The translations under genes and the position numbers were made by a program. A stretch of 26,502 nucleotides of DNA from Eubacteriales bacterium (GTDB taxonomy: Bacteria; Bacillota; Clostridia; Oscillospirales; CAG-272): positions 1-26,502 of the forward strand of contig JAZQDF010000034.1 of assembly GCA_045546635.1 (NCBI GenBank), in the 5' to 3' direction. The notes beneath the pieces were generated by a model. It did not search any database, was not told where the DNA came from, and saw only the letters and a program-made list of their open reading frames with translations. Below are positions 8,201 to 16,516 of this stretch, in pieces. Each line of letters begins with the position of its first letter. The stretch's first letter is position 1.

Positions 8201-9808
8201 ATAGAAGAGCTGTGTCAGAAGACCGAGGTTACCGCAGGAGCGGTCACCGTTGAAGAAGAACGGATTGCCCGAAACACCCATAGTCCAGCCGTTTCCGCCA
8301 TCCTTGTTATACACATCGGGGTTGTGCGTTCTTATCAGGTCGTCGGCGTGCTGCTCGGCCACGGGCATATATGCCTGCGTATAATCAACGTACGGTATAA
8401 AGGTCTCGGCAAGGTTCGTGCTGAAAACGTGCCAATAGTTCATCTGAATATTGATATTGCTCCAATATCCGCTTGACCAGGCGGGAGTATTATAGCAGTT
8501 CCACGCTCCCTGAAGGTTTGCGGGCAGTGCACCCTCTCTTGAGGATGCGATTATAAGATATCTGCCGTATTGGAACAAAAGTGCCTCGAGATAGGAGCTG
8601 TGTATTCCCGAATTGTATTTCTGCAGTAGCTTATCGGTTGTAAGCTCAAGGTCTGCAGGATTACAGTCAAGATCAAGATCCACTCTGTCAAAGAGATTCT
8701 GATAATCATCAAGGTGTCTTTCCTTCAGATAGGCATACGCCTCATCTATAGACATATCCGAGATCTCGTCGGTTGTATAGTAAAGCTGATCAAGCACCTT
8801 GTCACGGGCAAATTCAAGTCCTATTTTTGCCGTCTGCTTATTGTGGCTGTACTGTCCGTTTTCAAAGTTCTCGCTGCACAGCTCATAGTCCGTGCCAAAG
8901 GTGGCAACGATAATAGCCTTCCGTGCACCCTCAACCCTGATAACGCCGTCCTTGTCCACCTTGACCGTTCCGTCGGAATCGGTGTATCTGTTGTCAACGG
9001 TATCGGCAGTAATCCTTCCGCCATCGGTATAAACGCGGTAGAATCCTGCAAAATCAACGCCGTAATATCCGAGAGTACCGCTAAGCTCTATACAGCCAAC
9101 GCCGTATTCCACGCTCGAGGTCACCGTTCCCGTCTTCGACAGACCGTCACCGGGATCATTCATATAGCTTTGCTCGAAAGGTATTGTCGGACGGAGAGTA
9201 AAGGAAAGAGGTCCGTTTTCAGCATCAAGATAGATAACGAGTGCGTTATCGGGATACGAAACGAAGTACTCTCTGTTGTAGGTCGCTCCGTTATAATCAT
9301 ATCTTGTAGATGCTATAGCGGTTCTCAGATCGAGCTCTCTTCTGTAGCTGCTGACACCCGATGATTTATGATCGAAATCAATATAGGTTTCGGAGAAGTT
9401 GTTAAGTCCTGCCACCTGTGGCCAGCTTGTTACACCGTTTACGGTTTTTACTATCTGCCAGGGATTGGACAAGGTCTTCTCGGTGATCTGAACTCTTTCG
9501 GTTTCAACCCTGCCGAAAACGTTAGCACCGACAAATCCGTTTCCGAGAGGAATAGACCAGTTCTGCCAGCCGATATCCTGTCCTGCCATCATCGAAGCCT
9601 CGGGCGAGCACTCGTTTATGAAGGGTGCTTGCTCATCATACCAAAGCTTTAACGGCATTTTGCCGGTATTTACCGTTAAATCAGACACTTTACTCATATC
9701 GCTGCTTCCTCCCGGGTTCTTATCAGGCTTTGGCCGCACGCAGGCGGTCATTGAAATCAGCAATAACAGGCTTATGATCCTTATTAAAGCTCGATTACGT
9801 TTTTTCAT
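5243..9808 (-). CDS. Glycoside hydrolase family 95 (alpha-L-fucosidase-like) lipoprotein with an FN3-like domain and C-terminal discoidin-like domains
   Basis: Start reassigned to ATG 9808 (RBS AAGGAG; MKKRNR...SMTAC lipobox-like). GH95 motifs: LKLWYD, PLGNGFVGANVFG, LLFQYGRYLIIASSR, PANLQGAWN, NINIQMNYW, SPE, HRHISQL, AEMLLQS. Confidence 0.9.
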   Translation of the reverse strand: MKKRNRALIRIISLLLLISMTACVRPKPDKNPGGSSDMSKVSDLTVNTGKMPLKLWYDEQAPFINECSPEASMMAGQDIGWQNWSIPLGNGFVGANVFGRVETERVQITEKTLSNPWQIVKTVNGVTSWPQVAGLNNFSETYIDFDHKSSGVSSYRRELDLRTAIASTRYDYNGATYNREYFVSYPDNALVIYLDAENGPLSFTLRPTIPFEQSYMNDPGDGLSKTGTVTSSVEYGVGCIELSGTLGYYGVDFAGFYRVYTDGGRITADTVDNRYTDSDGTVKVDKDGVIRVEGARKAIIVATFGTDYELCSENFENGQYSHNKQTAKIGLEFARDKVLDQLYYTTDEISDMSIDEAYAYLKERHLDDYQNLFDRVDLDLDCNPADLELTTDKLLQKYNSGIHSSYLEALLFQYGRYLIIASSREGALPANLQGAWNCYNTPAWSSGYWSNINIQMNYWHVFSTNLAETFIPYVDYTQAYMPVAEQHADDLIRTHNPDVYNKDGGNGWTMGVSGNPFFFNGDRSCGNLGLLTQLFYEYYQYTNDEEVLKTVYEILANAARFVTKCVKNYDGKYLVEYCDSPEMYVDGAWYYTTGTTYAQTLAYINNYAALQCAKDLGIDLDNLPKEYSILGTIMDQIDKYDPINVGLSGQIKEFREEDYYGSLGNPNHRHISQLVGLFPGNIINSGTDAWMDAALVSLAGRNDGLTDWPSGTTATNEASIVAWAWAHKQAMYARAGEGDLAQQMLAGNLRNSTLENLLMVCGKIFQIEASSGTTAAIAEMLLQSDEEFIEILPAIPTNWDKGAYTGLVARGNYEVSVAWEDGVATRINLYAKLGGEVSIKYNGFSNVEVYNSKGEKIGYTLSNDGILTFDTAVGDKYYIGGFKKVERLEKPATLDFDRINYSDFSLRWNKVDGAEKYNVYVAYENDPSYTLVGTTANNSYVLTVADGKQNVRKTFAVTAVGKNGVESKRAICYSNPVSLDLEVYSVLWKVEGGKLVASADASDSAGSVRLYERSAKGFALLAEEKGLSISLSYDASKSYALSVVSKYTSAESKIIPLTLENNADNILNGKDITFENNRANVDLGKVYSLNELRFYINTSSFEGNSLKVERLYKGEWQSVADCKTASEVNSYLSDGCLVFDLEGGRAHKIRVTLDVPVDFEAITLSGSVVYGEAVEYDNVFAGKQFSATSATAGNIYSASYGYQTLTDGVIYEEYSGRYSSKQNGGRIEATLELGDAYNLSELKIYLYKDGLSKFGTGLEIQAYFGGKWTTLVECSSNAELEKYLVDNAGGVGDWLIFDLGDSYASKVKFTIPGQTNSGWTTFYEIECLGTTSTVTEPEAEPDPDADPDRIENIFAGKEFVPTAEAKAQVLTASWFQGGGYETLTDGNRFEEQVGRFSTLMNNTTAFMDATLDLGGSYELGALRFYLYDTKTSITEESKKGSIGRDILIQVYADGKWTDVVSCLDNTALCEYLVINEGLNNDYLEFDLGGIKAERIRFYISGSLSSSGITFQEIECSGKAAK

Positions 9809-9883
9809 AATCCATACTCCTTTTCGGTTTTGTTCATAGCGAACTATTATCATAAAAAATAATCAATATATTTAGATTACATC

Positions 9884-9915
9884 TTGATTATAAATAAGCT
9901 TTGTGATATAATCAA
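9884..9915. promoter_or_regulatory. Fully overlapping divergent sigma-A promoters (araC and GH95)
   Basis: + strand: TTGATT(9884-9889)-17-TATAAT(9907-9912). - strand: TTGATT(9915-9910)-17-TATAAT(9892-9887). Confidence 0.7.
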
Positions 9916-9980
9916 GGTAAAATATACATAGTTTATTGTAAAATCGTTTATTTGTTAGATATTTTCACAACAAATAAGCA

Positions 9981-10014
9981 TTTTGACCAAAACAATTTGG
10001 GTATTTTTGACCAA
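9981..10014. promoter_or_regulatory. Direct repeat TTTTGACCAA x2, candidate AraC-family binding site
   Basis: Exact 10-mers at 9981-9990 and 10005-10014 (24-bp period) between the divergent genes. Confidence 0.4.
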
Positions 10015-10035
10015 TATTTACAAAGGAGAAAGGGT

Positions 10036-10941
10036 ATGAAAATTCAAAGATTATCTAACCACGATCATTATTATTATACTCACTCCGACTTTTTTATGTA
10101 TCCTCAGGATCTGGTCCACGCATTTATTATGAAGGACTACGATATCGGTATGCACGAGCAGGAGTTCTACGAGATAAACGTCGTTATCAACGGAAGCGGC
10201 CTGCATTACATAAACGATAATCGCGTAAGTGCGAGCAGCGGCGACGTTTTCATCATCCCGCCAAACGTAAGCCACGGATACGTGGGTGGCGTAGGATTTG
10301 ACGTTTTTCACGTTATTCTCAGCGACAGCTTTATGAAAAAAAACATAGCCGACCTTCAGCAGCTTCCCTCCTTCTTCACCCTTTTCGGTGCAGAACCGCT
10401 TATGCGTGGACAAACCAAGGATCCGCTTCACCTCACCCTCTCCTCTGATGAGCTTGGAGAATGTATTAGTACCCTGAAGCAGATAGAGCATTATTCCGGA
10501 GACAACGATCCCTTTGAATCCTTGATGAGAAGCAGCCTGGCTATCGTTTCTATAGGCCTGCTGTGTAATTCCTATACCAATACTTATAAGCAAAGCGACC
10601 TGCCCCTTTGCGAAGACAGGGCACTGATGGAGTCTATATCATATATTCACGAAAGATATTTTGAAAAAATCACGGTTGAGGATCTGTCGAGATTGGCACA
10701 TATGTCACGCTCCTCCTTTATAAAAAAATTCAAGGACATTTGTAAAATGTCCCCTGCGGCCTACCTTATGAAAATACGAATCAATTCTGCAGCCACAATG
10801 CTGGCAAGCACTACCCTTCCCGTATCAGAAATTGCATACCGCACGGGCTTTTATGATGCCTCTCACTTAACCAAGGCCTTTGAAAATGCCCTTGGAATAT
10901 CTCCCATTACTTACAGAAACAAAACCAATAAAGGTCAGTAA
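10036..10941 (+). CDS. AraC family transcriptional regulator (cupin sensor plus double HTH)
   Basis: Start reassigned to ATG 10036 (GGAG RBS). Cupin MHEQEFYEI...GDVFIIPPNVSHGY; HTH region LSRLAHMSRSSFIKKFK...IAYRTGFYDASHLTKAF. Confidence 0.95.
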   Translation: MKIQRLSNHDHYYYTHSDFFMYPQDLVHAFIMKDYDIGMHEQEFYEINVVINGSGLHYINDNRVSASSGDVFIIPPNVSHGYVGGVGFDVFHVILSDSFMKKNIADLQQLPSFFTLFGAEPLMRGQTKDPLHLTLSSDELGECISTLKQIEHYSGDNDPFESLMRSSLAIVSIGLLCNSYTNTYKQSDLPLCEDRALMESISYIHERYFEKITVEDLSRLAHMSRSSFIKKFKDICKMSPAAYLMKIRINSAATMLASTTLPVSEIAYRTGFYDASHLTKAFENALGISPITYRNKTNKGQ

Positions 10942-10951
10942 GCAGTAAAAC

Positions 10952-10991
10952 AAAAGCAGGGAAAGCACCGATACGGTGTCCCTGCTTTTTT
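10952..10991. terminator. Bidirectional terminator between araC and the GNAT gene
   Basis: aaaagcaggga-a-agcaccgatacggtg-tccctgctttttt, between convergent genes. Confidence 0.85.
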
Positions 10992-11013
10992 AATAAAGCT
11001 ATAAAGAGTGATT

Positions 11014-11562
11014 TTACCTTAACGACTTGTAGAAGCTGTAATTGAGGCGGCCCTTGATATTCTTCAACGCCCCCGGTACAAGCTCCTGCACCATAAGGCA
11101 GTCGGGATGTGGCAGACCAACGCTCTCATCGGCGAAAATGCCGTAATCAGCTGACGTCCTGAAGCCGCGTGGACGGTAGTTTTGCGGATTGCCCTCCACG
11201 ATGCAGGCGGTAAATCCAAGCTCGCTGGCACGGTTCAGACCAAATTCAATAAGCTCCTTTGAGATATGCTGACGCTGTAGCTCGGTTTTCACCGCCACAG
11301 GCGTAAGGATAAGCAGCTCATCCTCATACCTGCCCTCAAGATGAAAGCGTGAAAACAGCGTCTGTCCGATTATTTCTCCCTCTCCGTTCAGCATAACGAG
11401 ATCAAGCTCGGGGACGTAATACCTATTGGAACGGATCTCGGTCATCAGATTACGAACGAGGCGGCCACTATCGGCATCCTCTGAGTCGGTAAACACACGC
11501 TCTACAAAATCGAGGCAGGTCTCCCACTCCTCTTTTTTTATTGCTCTGATAATTCTTTCCAT
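11014..11562 (-). CDS. GNAT family N-acetyltransferase (YhbS-like)
   Basis: GEIIGQTLFS, LLILTPVAVKTELQRQHISKELI (acetyl-CoA motif A), IVEGNPQNYRPRGF. Confidence 0.9.
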   Translation of the reverse strand: MERIIRAIKKEEWETCLDFVERVFTDSEDADSGRLVRNLMTEIRSNRYYVPELDLVMLNGEGEIIGQTLFSRFHLEGRYEDELLILTPVAVKTELQRQHISKELIEFGLNRASELGFTACIVEGNPQNYRPRGFRTSADYGIFADESVGLPHPDCLMVQELVPGALKNIKGRLNYSFYKSLR

Positions 11563-11570
11563 AGCTCCGC

Positions 11571-12617
11571 CTACCTTCTGTGCTTGGGATTATTTTTCTT
11601 AAGCTGCCTTGTCCCCTTGGAAAGTGACTTGTGCCACTCTCTCTTATTGCGAAGGAATTTCTCCTTGTCCTCCGAAAATTTCGCCTCCCGCTTCAGTGCA
11701 AGGTAGCTTTCCCATCTTGCGAGGGGAAGCTCGCCCGATGCTATGGCATCCTTTATGGCACAGCCGGGCTCACTCTCGTGACGGCAGTCCTTATATTTAC
11801 ATCGTCCAAGGAAGCTCTCCACGTCAGAGAAGGCAGAGCTGATTCCCTCGCCCACGTCCCACATTCCAAGCGAACGCATACCGGGGGTGTCGATTATCAT
11901 CGCACCGTTCTTTAGCATTATAAGCTGGCGGTGGGTGGTGGTGTGCCGTCCCCTGCTGCCGGCCTCCCGAGTCTCGTTGGTTGCCATAATCTCCTCGCCG
12001 AAGAGCCTGTTGACAAGGCTGGATTTACCCACGCCCGACGAGCCGAGAAATACAACCGTCCTACCGGGTGTGAAATACTCCTCCAGCTCCCATAGACCGT
12101 AGCCCGTCCTGGAGCTTACGGCGTGGACGGGGACCTCCGCCGCATACTGCCTCACGCTTGCGATCCTCTCGTTAAGGTCAACGGGCAGGTCCGCCTTCGT
12201 CAGCACCACGACCGGACTTGCCCCCGACTGCCAGGCGAGAGTCAGGTATCTCTCAAGCCGCTTCAGGTTAAAGTCGTGGTTTAAGGACTGCATAATAAAG
12301 ACAAAATCAAAGTTTGCCGCCACCGCCTGCTCGCCCTTATTCGGGTCAGGATCCTTTCGCATAAAGACGGTACGGCGTGGCAGAGTTTTTACTATCATAC
12401 TGTCGCCCGCGGGATTATAATTTATAAGAACGAAATCGCCCGCGGTAGGAAAATCCTGGACGTCAACGAAATACTCCTTGGTTTTCAGCCTGCCGTAGCA
12501 CTCGCCGACGTCGGTGACTAATTTATATCTCTCCTTATGCACCGCAACAACCCTCGCAGGCGTGCCGTCGGAATATGGATATGCTTCTTTATCAAAGCCA
12601 AATGCTTCTAAATTCAT
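11571..12617 (-). CDS. rsgA: Ribosome small subunit-dependent GTPase A (long-type RsgA, possibly a paralog)
   Basis: Start reassigned to ATG 12617 (GGAGG RBS). OB fold, circularly permuted GTPase (LTKAD, GSSGVGKSSL, GRHTTT, DTPG), Zn finger CKYKDCRHESEPGC. Confidence 0.93.
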   Translation of the reverse strand: MNLEAFGFDKEAYPYSDGTPARVVAVHKERYKLVTDVGECYGRLKTKEYFVDVQDFPTAGDFVLINYNPAGDSMIVKTLPRRTVFMRKDPDPNKGEQAVAANFDFVFIMQSLNHDFNLKRLERYLTLAWQSGASPVVVLTKADLPVDLNERIASVRQYAAEVPVHAVSSRTGYGLWELEEYFTPGRTVVFLGSSGVGKSSLVNRLFGEEIMATNETREAGSRGRHTTTHRQLIMLKNGAMIIDTPGMRSLGMWDVGEGISSAFSDVESFLGRCKYKDCRHESEPGCAIKDAIASGELPLARWESYLALKREAKFSEDKEKFLRNKREWHKSLSKGTRQLKKNNPKHRR

Positions 12618-12662
12618 TTTTGTCCTCCAATGGTGTAGTTTTTCACAAAAAATATCTGCTAC

Positions 12663-12830
12663 AACCGAAAAAGGGCATAAAAATAACACACCTGAGTGTG
12701 TTCCACAATATCAGGCTTCAAAATGGCAGAGCAACAGAGAGGTATCTCTACCCCTTCGTTTTTGCTATGCCCTATTCGGTTTAGCTAACGGTTACCTCGC
12801 TGTAAACAATCATCCCAAATTTCTCCTTTC
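12663..12830 (-). promoter_or_regulatory. Structured leader / putative translation-coupled attenuator upstream of rsgA
   Basis: uORF with RBS, long stem (12766-12781 pairs with 12663-12679), internal aacacac/gtgtgtt hairpin followed by a U-rich run on the - strand. Confidence 0.6.
12781..12813 (-). CDS. Putative leader peptide MIVYSEVTVS (10 aa)
   Basis: GAAAGGAGAA-ATTTGGG-ATG ATT GTT TAC AGC GAG GTA ACC GTT AGC TAA on the - strand. Confidence 0.55.
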   Translation of the reverse strand: MIVYSEVTVS

Positions 12831-12860
12831 TCATCTGCATCTGCAGGTTAATTTGATATC

Positions 12861-12889
12861 AGTATATCATAATGCGAGGATATTTTCAA
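12861..12889 (-). promoter_or_regulatory. Sigma-A promoter of the leader-rsgA-GNAT unit
   Basis: TTGAAA(12889-12884)-17-TATACT(12866-12861) with TGn extension. Confidence 0.7.
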
Positions 12890-12982
12890 GGTCAGCAGGA
12901 GATTTTTTAAATATTTTATTGCAAACAGCCTTGAAATGTGTTAATATAAAAGCAGAGACTTACTTCTTAATAAGGAGAAAAT

Positions 12983-13564
12983 ATGGAAAAAATAAAGAGC
13001 CTGTGGCTTTCCTTCGCAAAAAAATATCCGAGGGCGGCCGAATGGGTGAGAGAGGGCGGTCTGTTCCTGCTGGTCAGCACGGCAATAACGGTGTTCAAGT
13101 ACCTCATACTTACCTTCCTGCCCTATGCCTTTGCCTTTATGGGAGACAGCTACGTGGGATTTCCCGGCATTGACATTACGCTGCTTGGCTACACCTTCAA
13201 GTGGTATATCATCGGCGGCAAGGCAGACTACTTCACCGCATATATGATCGCAATGATAATCGGCGAGGTGATAAACTTCCTTATACAGAGAAAATGGGTA
13301 TTTCGCTCAAACGGAAATATACTTTATCAGGGCGGCTGGTATGCTCTTGCCTTCTGCATCGTAACCTGTATTACCCTGTCCATCGACTCGATATGGAAGG
13401 GCGTTATCGTTAATTTCATCCCGGAGTGGTTTGCCAACGTGGGAACCATTATGATGAACGGCGGTATATCTATGGTTATCATCTTCTTCGTAAACAAGAT
13501 AGTGTTCAACGATAACAAAAGCAAAAAGCCCGAAAAGGAGCTTTCTGAAATATCTGATAATTAA
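12983..13564 (+). CDS. GtrA-like multi-pass membrane protein
   Basis: About four hydrophobic helices, INFLIQRKWVFRS and FFVNKIVF motifs typical of GtrA, AAGGAG RBS. Confidence 0.7.
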   Translation: MEKIKSLWLSFAKKYPRAAEWVREGGLFLLVSTAITVFKYLILTFLPYAFAFMGDSYVGFPGIDITLLGYTFKWYIIGGKADYFTAYMIAMIIGEVINFLIQRKWVFRSNGNILYQGGWYALAFCIVTCITLSIDSIWKGVIVNFIPEWFANVGTIMMNGGISMVIIFFVNKIVFNDNKSKKPEKELSEISDN

Positions 13565-13579
13565 TTTTGGGAGGGAAAT

Positions 13580-15049
13580 ATGAAAAAGCTTTTAGTTGGT
13601 TTGGTAATTTTTCTGGCGGCACTTCTCGTCCTTGCGGGCGTGGCATTCGTGGCAGGCAACGTCTACGTGTCAAGTAAGAGTGCAGAGGATATTCCGAGTC
13701 ACGTGGATATCACGCCCAACGAATACGGAACAGTCACCGCAGTGGGCCGCGGCCTTTACGACGAGAGGGGCGACCGCTTTGAGATCAAGGGTATAAACTT
13801 CGGCAACCTCTTTATTGCAGAGGGCTGGATGACGGTAAATTCGGTCGGTGCGTTATATAACGAGGACGGCAGCTTCAAGAAGGTCAACCCCGAGGGAGTT
13901 GTTGAGGAATACGAGGAGATATACCAGGAGGAGATGGATCAGATCCTTGCCGACAGGGTTAAGAGGGGAGACTTTACCGAGGAGCAGCTTCAGGATCTGC
14001 TTGACGCCTTCTTCTATGCATACTGCACCGAGGCGGATTTTAAGCTTATCAAGGACACCGGTCTTAACACCATCCGTCTGCCTATGTACTACCGCAACTT
14101 TATGGAGGGGCCCGACGAAGCACTCACGATGCGTGAGGATGCATTCGAGAAGCTTGACTGGTTCCTCGAGCTGGCGAGAAAATACGAGCTTAAGGTTATA
14201 ATAGATATGCACGGTGTTGTCGGTGGTCAGTCGGGCTACGAGCACTGCGGCACGAGGGATATGGATTTCTGGGAGAACGAGACCTATATCGATTCTATGT
14301 GTCAGCTCTGGCGTAATATCGCCCTTCACTACGTAAACGACCGCCCCGATCTTGCCTCCACCATTCTGGCATACGATCTGGTAAACGAGCCCACCAAGAG
14401 AACGGCGATCGGCTCCGGCCCCCTGCAGTGGCAGGTTATGGACAGAATGTACGACGCCATCCGTGAGGTTGACGGCCACCACGTTATCTCCATTGAGGGC
14501 GTGTGGTATCCCGTATCGCTCCCCAGCCCCGAAAAATACGGATGGGAAAACGTGCTTTACCAGTACCACTTCTACAACTGGAATCACAACTCGGGCATCA
14601 CCAACGAGATGTTCTACGGTCTTATGTTCGCACTTTACGCACCCACCGACTTTGACGTACCGAAGCTTATCGGTGAGTTCAGCTTCTTTGATAACCAGGA
14701 GGCCTGGGCGAAGTATCTTGACAAATACGACCAGCTCGGCTGGGGCTGGACTATCTGGAGCTATAAGATAGTTTCGGTAGGCTGGTGGGACAGCTCCTGG
14801 GGTATAGCGGTAAACAAGCTTAACCTTCGCAACGATGCAGGCACTCCCACCACGGAGTATAATCTGAAGCTTGACCTTCGCACCGCCTCCTACGATGAGA
14901 TTATGGAGGTCTGGTCGGGCGAGACGACCGAGTACGGCGGCCAGGAGGGCTCTTATAAGCTTTACAGCGACGGTACGCTTTACAATGTGCTGAAGAGCTA
15001 CTTCGGTGAGGATTTCAGGATCGACGAAAATTACGTTATTAAGAAATAA
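13580..15049 (+). CDS. Glycoside hydrolase family 5, secreted or membrane-anchored
   Basis: N-terminal hydrophobic segment, KGINFG, GLNTIRLP, IIDMHG, YDLVNEP (acid/base), YHFY, LIGEFS (nucleophile). Confidence 0.92.
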   Translation: MKKLLVGLVIFLAALLVLAGVAFVAGNVYVSSKSAEDIPSHVDITPNEYGTVTAVGRGLYDERGDRFEIKGINFGNLFIAEGWMTVNSVGALYNEDGSFKKVNPEGVVEEYEEIYQEEMDQILADRVKRGDFTEEQLQDLLDAFFYAYCTEADFKLIKDTGLNTIRLPMYYRNFMEGPDEALTMREDAFEKLDWFLELARKYELKVIIDMHGVVGGQSGYEHCGTRDMDFWENETYIDSMCQLWRNIALHYVNDRPDLASTILAYDLVNEPTKRTAIGSGPLQWQVMDRMYDAIREVDGHHVISIEGVWYPVSLPSPEKYGWENVLYQYHFYNWNHNSGITNEMFYGLMFALYAPTDFDVPKLIGEFSFFDNQEAWAKYLDKYDQLGWGWTIWSYKIVSVGWWDSSWGIAVNKLNLRNDAGTPTTEYNLKLDLRTASYDEIMEVWSGETTEYGGQEGSYKLYSDGTLYNVLKSYFGEDFRIDENYVIKK

Positions 15050-15057
15050 CAAAACAC

Positions 15058-15087
15058 AAAGCCGACTCAAAACGAGTCGGCTTTTTT
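15058..15087. terminator. Bidirectional intrinsic terminator
   Basis: aaagccgactc-aaaac-gagtcggctttttt between convergent genes. Confidence 0.9.
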
Positions 15088-15102
15088 ACGCAAATGACAG
15101 AA

Positions 15103-16359
15103 TTAACCGATTACAGCGGGTGTGATTGTGCAGGTGGCACGAATTCTCGCCACGTCGGAATTGAGGAGGGTGCCCTTCTCGTAAAGCTCGGCGGCGAGCT
15201 TGTCAAGAAATTCGCGGTTTTCGGCGAGGATCTCCTTCGCCTTGAAGATAAATCTCTCAAGCTCGGCGGCAACAACGATTTCGCTCCTGCTGTCAAGCAG
15301 CTCGGACTCTGAGCCGAAGCCGAGATTAGACACGCCGTATGTACCGATTCGTTTCGTGGACTTATCAATATGGCTAAGGGCAGAAACCAGGTCGGAGGAG
15401 GTTCCCGAGGCTACCTTACCGTACTTAAGCTCGGACGCCGCCTTGCCACCCAGGGCAATAAGAATCACATGTGGCCTTCTGTCAAAATCAAGGCAACGGA
15501 GCATAAATCCGCCACGCTCGGTGCGGGGAGAGGAGCAGACGCTGACGATACCCACGCTGCCCTCCTTGATAACGTCGCTGATTACGGCGTGTCCCGCCTC
15601 GTGATAGGCAATCTCCTCACGCTCCTTGGGCGAGCGTTTCTCACAGTTGACCGTCACGCCGTAGGCCTCGCGGAGAGTGGCGTCCACAAGATGCCTCATC
15701 TCGATCCTTTCACAGCGGTCGTGTGCGGCGGAGATTGCCGCAAGGTTGATAACGCTGTCAAGCTCGGCACAGCTTTTACCTGCGAGCATCTTAGAGGTGT
15801 CATCCATATCGACGTCCTCCGAAATAGGCTTCTGACCTACGTAATACCTTACGATTTGCTCACCGTCCTCGCGGGTGGGGTGGTTAACCACAATATAGCG
15901 GTCAAATCTGCCCGCACGTACAAGGCTATCGGGCAGGTGAAAGCTCTCGTTTACCGTTGCGATAAGGAATACGCTCTTGCCCTTCACCGAGTCGATAAGC
16001 GACTGAAGGACGACGAACTCCTCCTGACTGTTGTCCGAGGGGGCAAACTTGTCCATATCGTCAAGCAGGATAATGGACGGAGCATTTTCTGCCGCCTGCT
16101 CAAAGGCACGTGTCATATCATCAATAAACTCCTTGGTCTCCTTGCTTCTGCGGACGGTGTAGGAGGGCACGCCGCACTCCTCCATAAACGAGGTGGCAAT
16201 CAGCGTCTTGCCGAGGCCGGGCTCACCCTGAAGGACGATACCGCTGGGCAGGCTTGCTCCCAGGGCCCTGTAGATTTCGGGATTCTTGAGAATATCCATA
16301 ATCTCAAGCATCTCGTTTTTAATGTGGTCGTAGCCGATGATTCTGTCAAAAGCACTCAT
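15103..16359 (-). CDS. Soluble FtsH-like protein: AAA+ ATPase plus peptidase M41 domain, no membrane anchor
   Basis: Walker A GEPGLGKT, Walker B LLDDMD, SRH LVRAGRFDR, Zn motif AYHEAGH, GTSSDL. AAGGAG RBS; the N-terminus starts directly at the AAA domain. Confidence 0.85.
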   Translation of the reverse strand: MSAFDRIIGYDHIKNEMLEIMDILKNPEIYRALGASLPSGIVLQGEPGLGKTLIATSFMEECGVPSYTVRRSKETKEFIDDMTRAFEQAAENAPSIILLDDMDKFAPSDNSQEEFVVLQSLIDSVKGKSVFLIATVNESFHLPDSLVRAGRFDRYIVVNHPTREDGEQIVRYYVGQKPISEDVDMDDTSKMLAGKSCAELDSVINLAAISAAHDRCERIEMRHLVDATLREAYGVTVNCEKRSPKEREEIAYHEAGHAVISDVIKEGSVGIVSVCSSPRTERGGFMLRCLDFDRRPHVILIALGGKAASELKYGKVASGTSSDLVSALSHIDKSTKRIGTYGVSNLGFGSESELLDSRSEIVVAAELERFIFKAKEILAENREFLDKLAAELYEKGTLLNSDVARIRATCTITPAVIG

Positions 16360-16427
16360 TTGTTTATCTCCTTTTAATTAAATTGTCATAGGCGTATAGC
16401 TTGGGCGGGATTTTTTCTTACGTGACT

Positions 16428-16461
16428 ATTATAGCAATTCTTCCGTCCGCTTTTCGGGACA
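16428..16461 (-). promoter_or_regulatory. Operator copy 1 plus -10 box for the FtsH-like gene
   Basis: - strand: TGTCCCGAAAAGCGGACG (16461-16444)-10 nt-TATAAT (16433-16428). No -35 consensus. Confidence 0.75.
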
Positions 16462-16516
16462 TTAATAAACGCGGCGGCGAAAAAAGAGAAATTTTCTTAT
16501 ATTTTCACAAAAATAA

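Noticed and set aside
13853-15070. 405-aa antisense ORF, and similar long ones at 4089-5126, 15370-16377 and 21998-23131
   Set aside because: Each lies opposite a well-supported gene and shows no domain signature.
15103-16359. Calling this gene the housekeeping ftsH
   Set aside because: It has no transmembrane region, is too short, and has altered Walker B and pore motifs, so no gene symbol was given.
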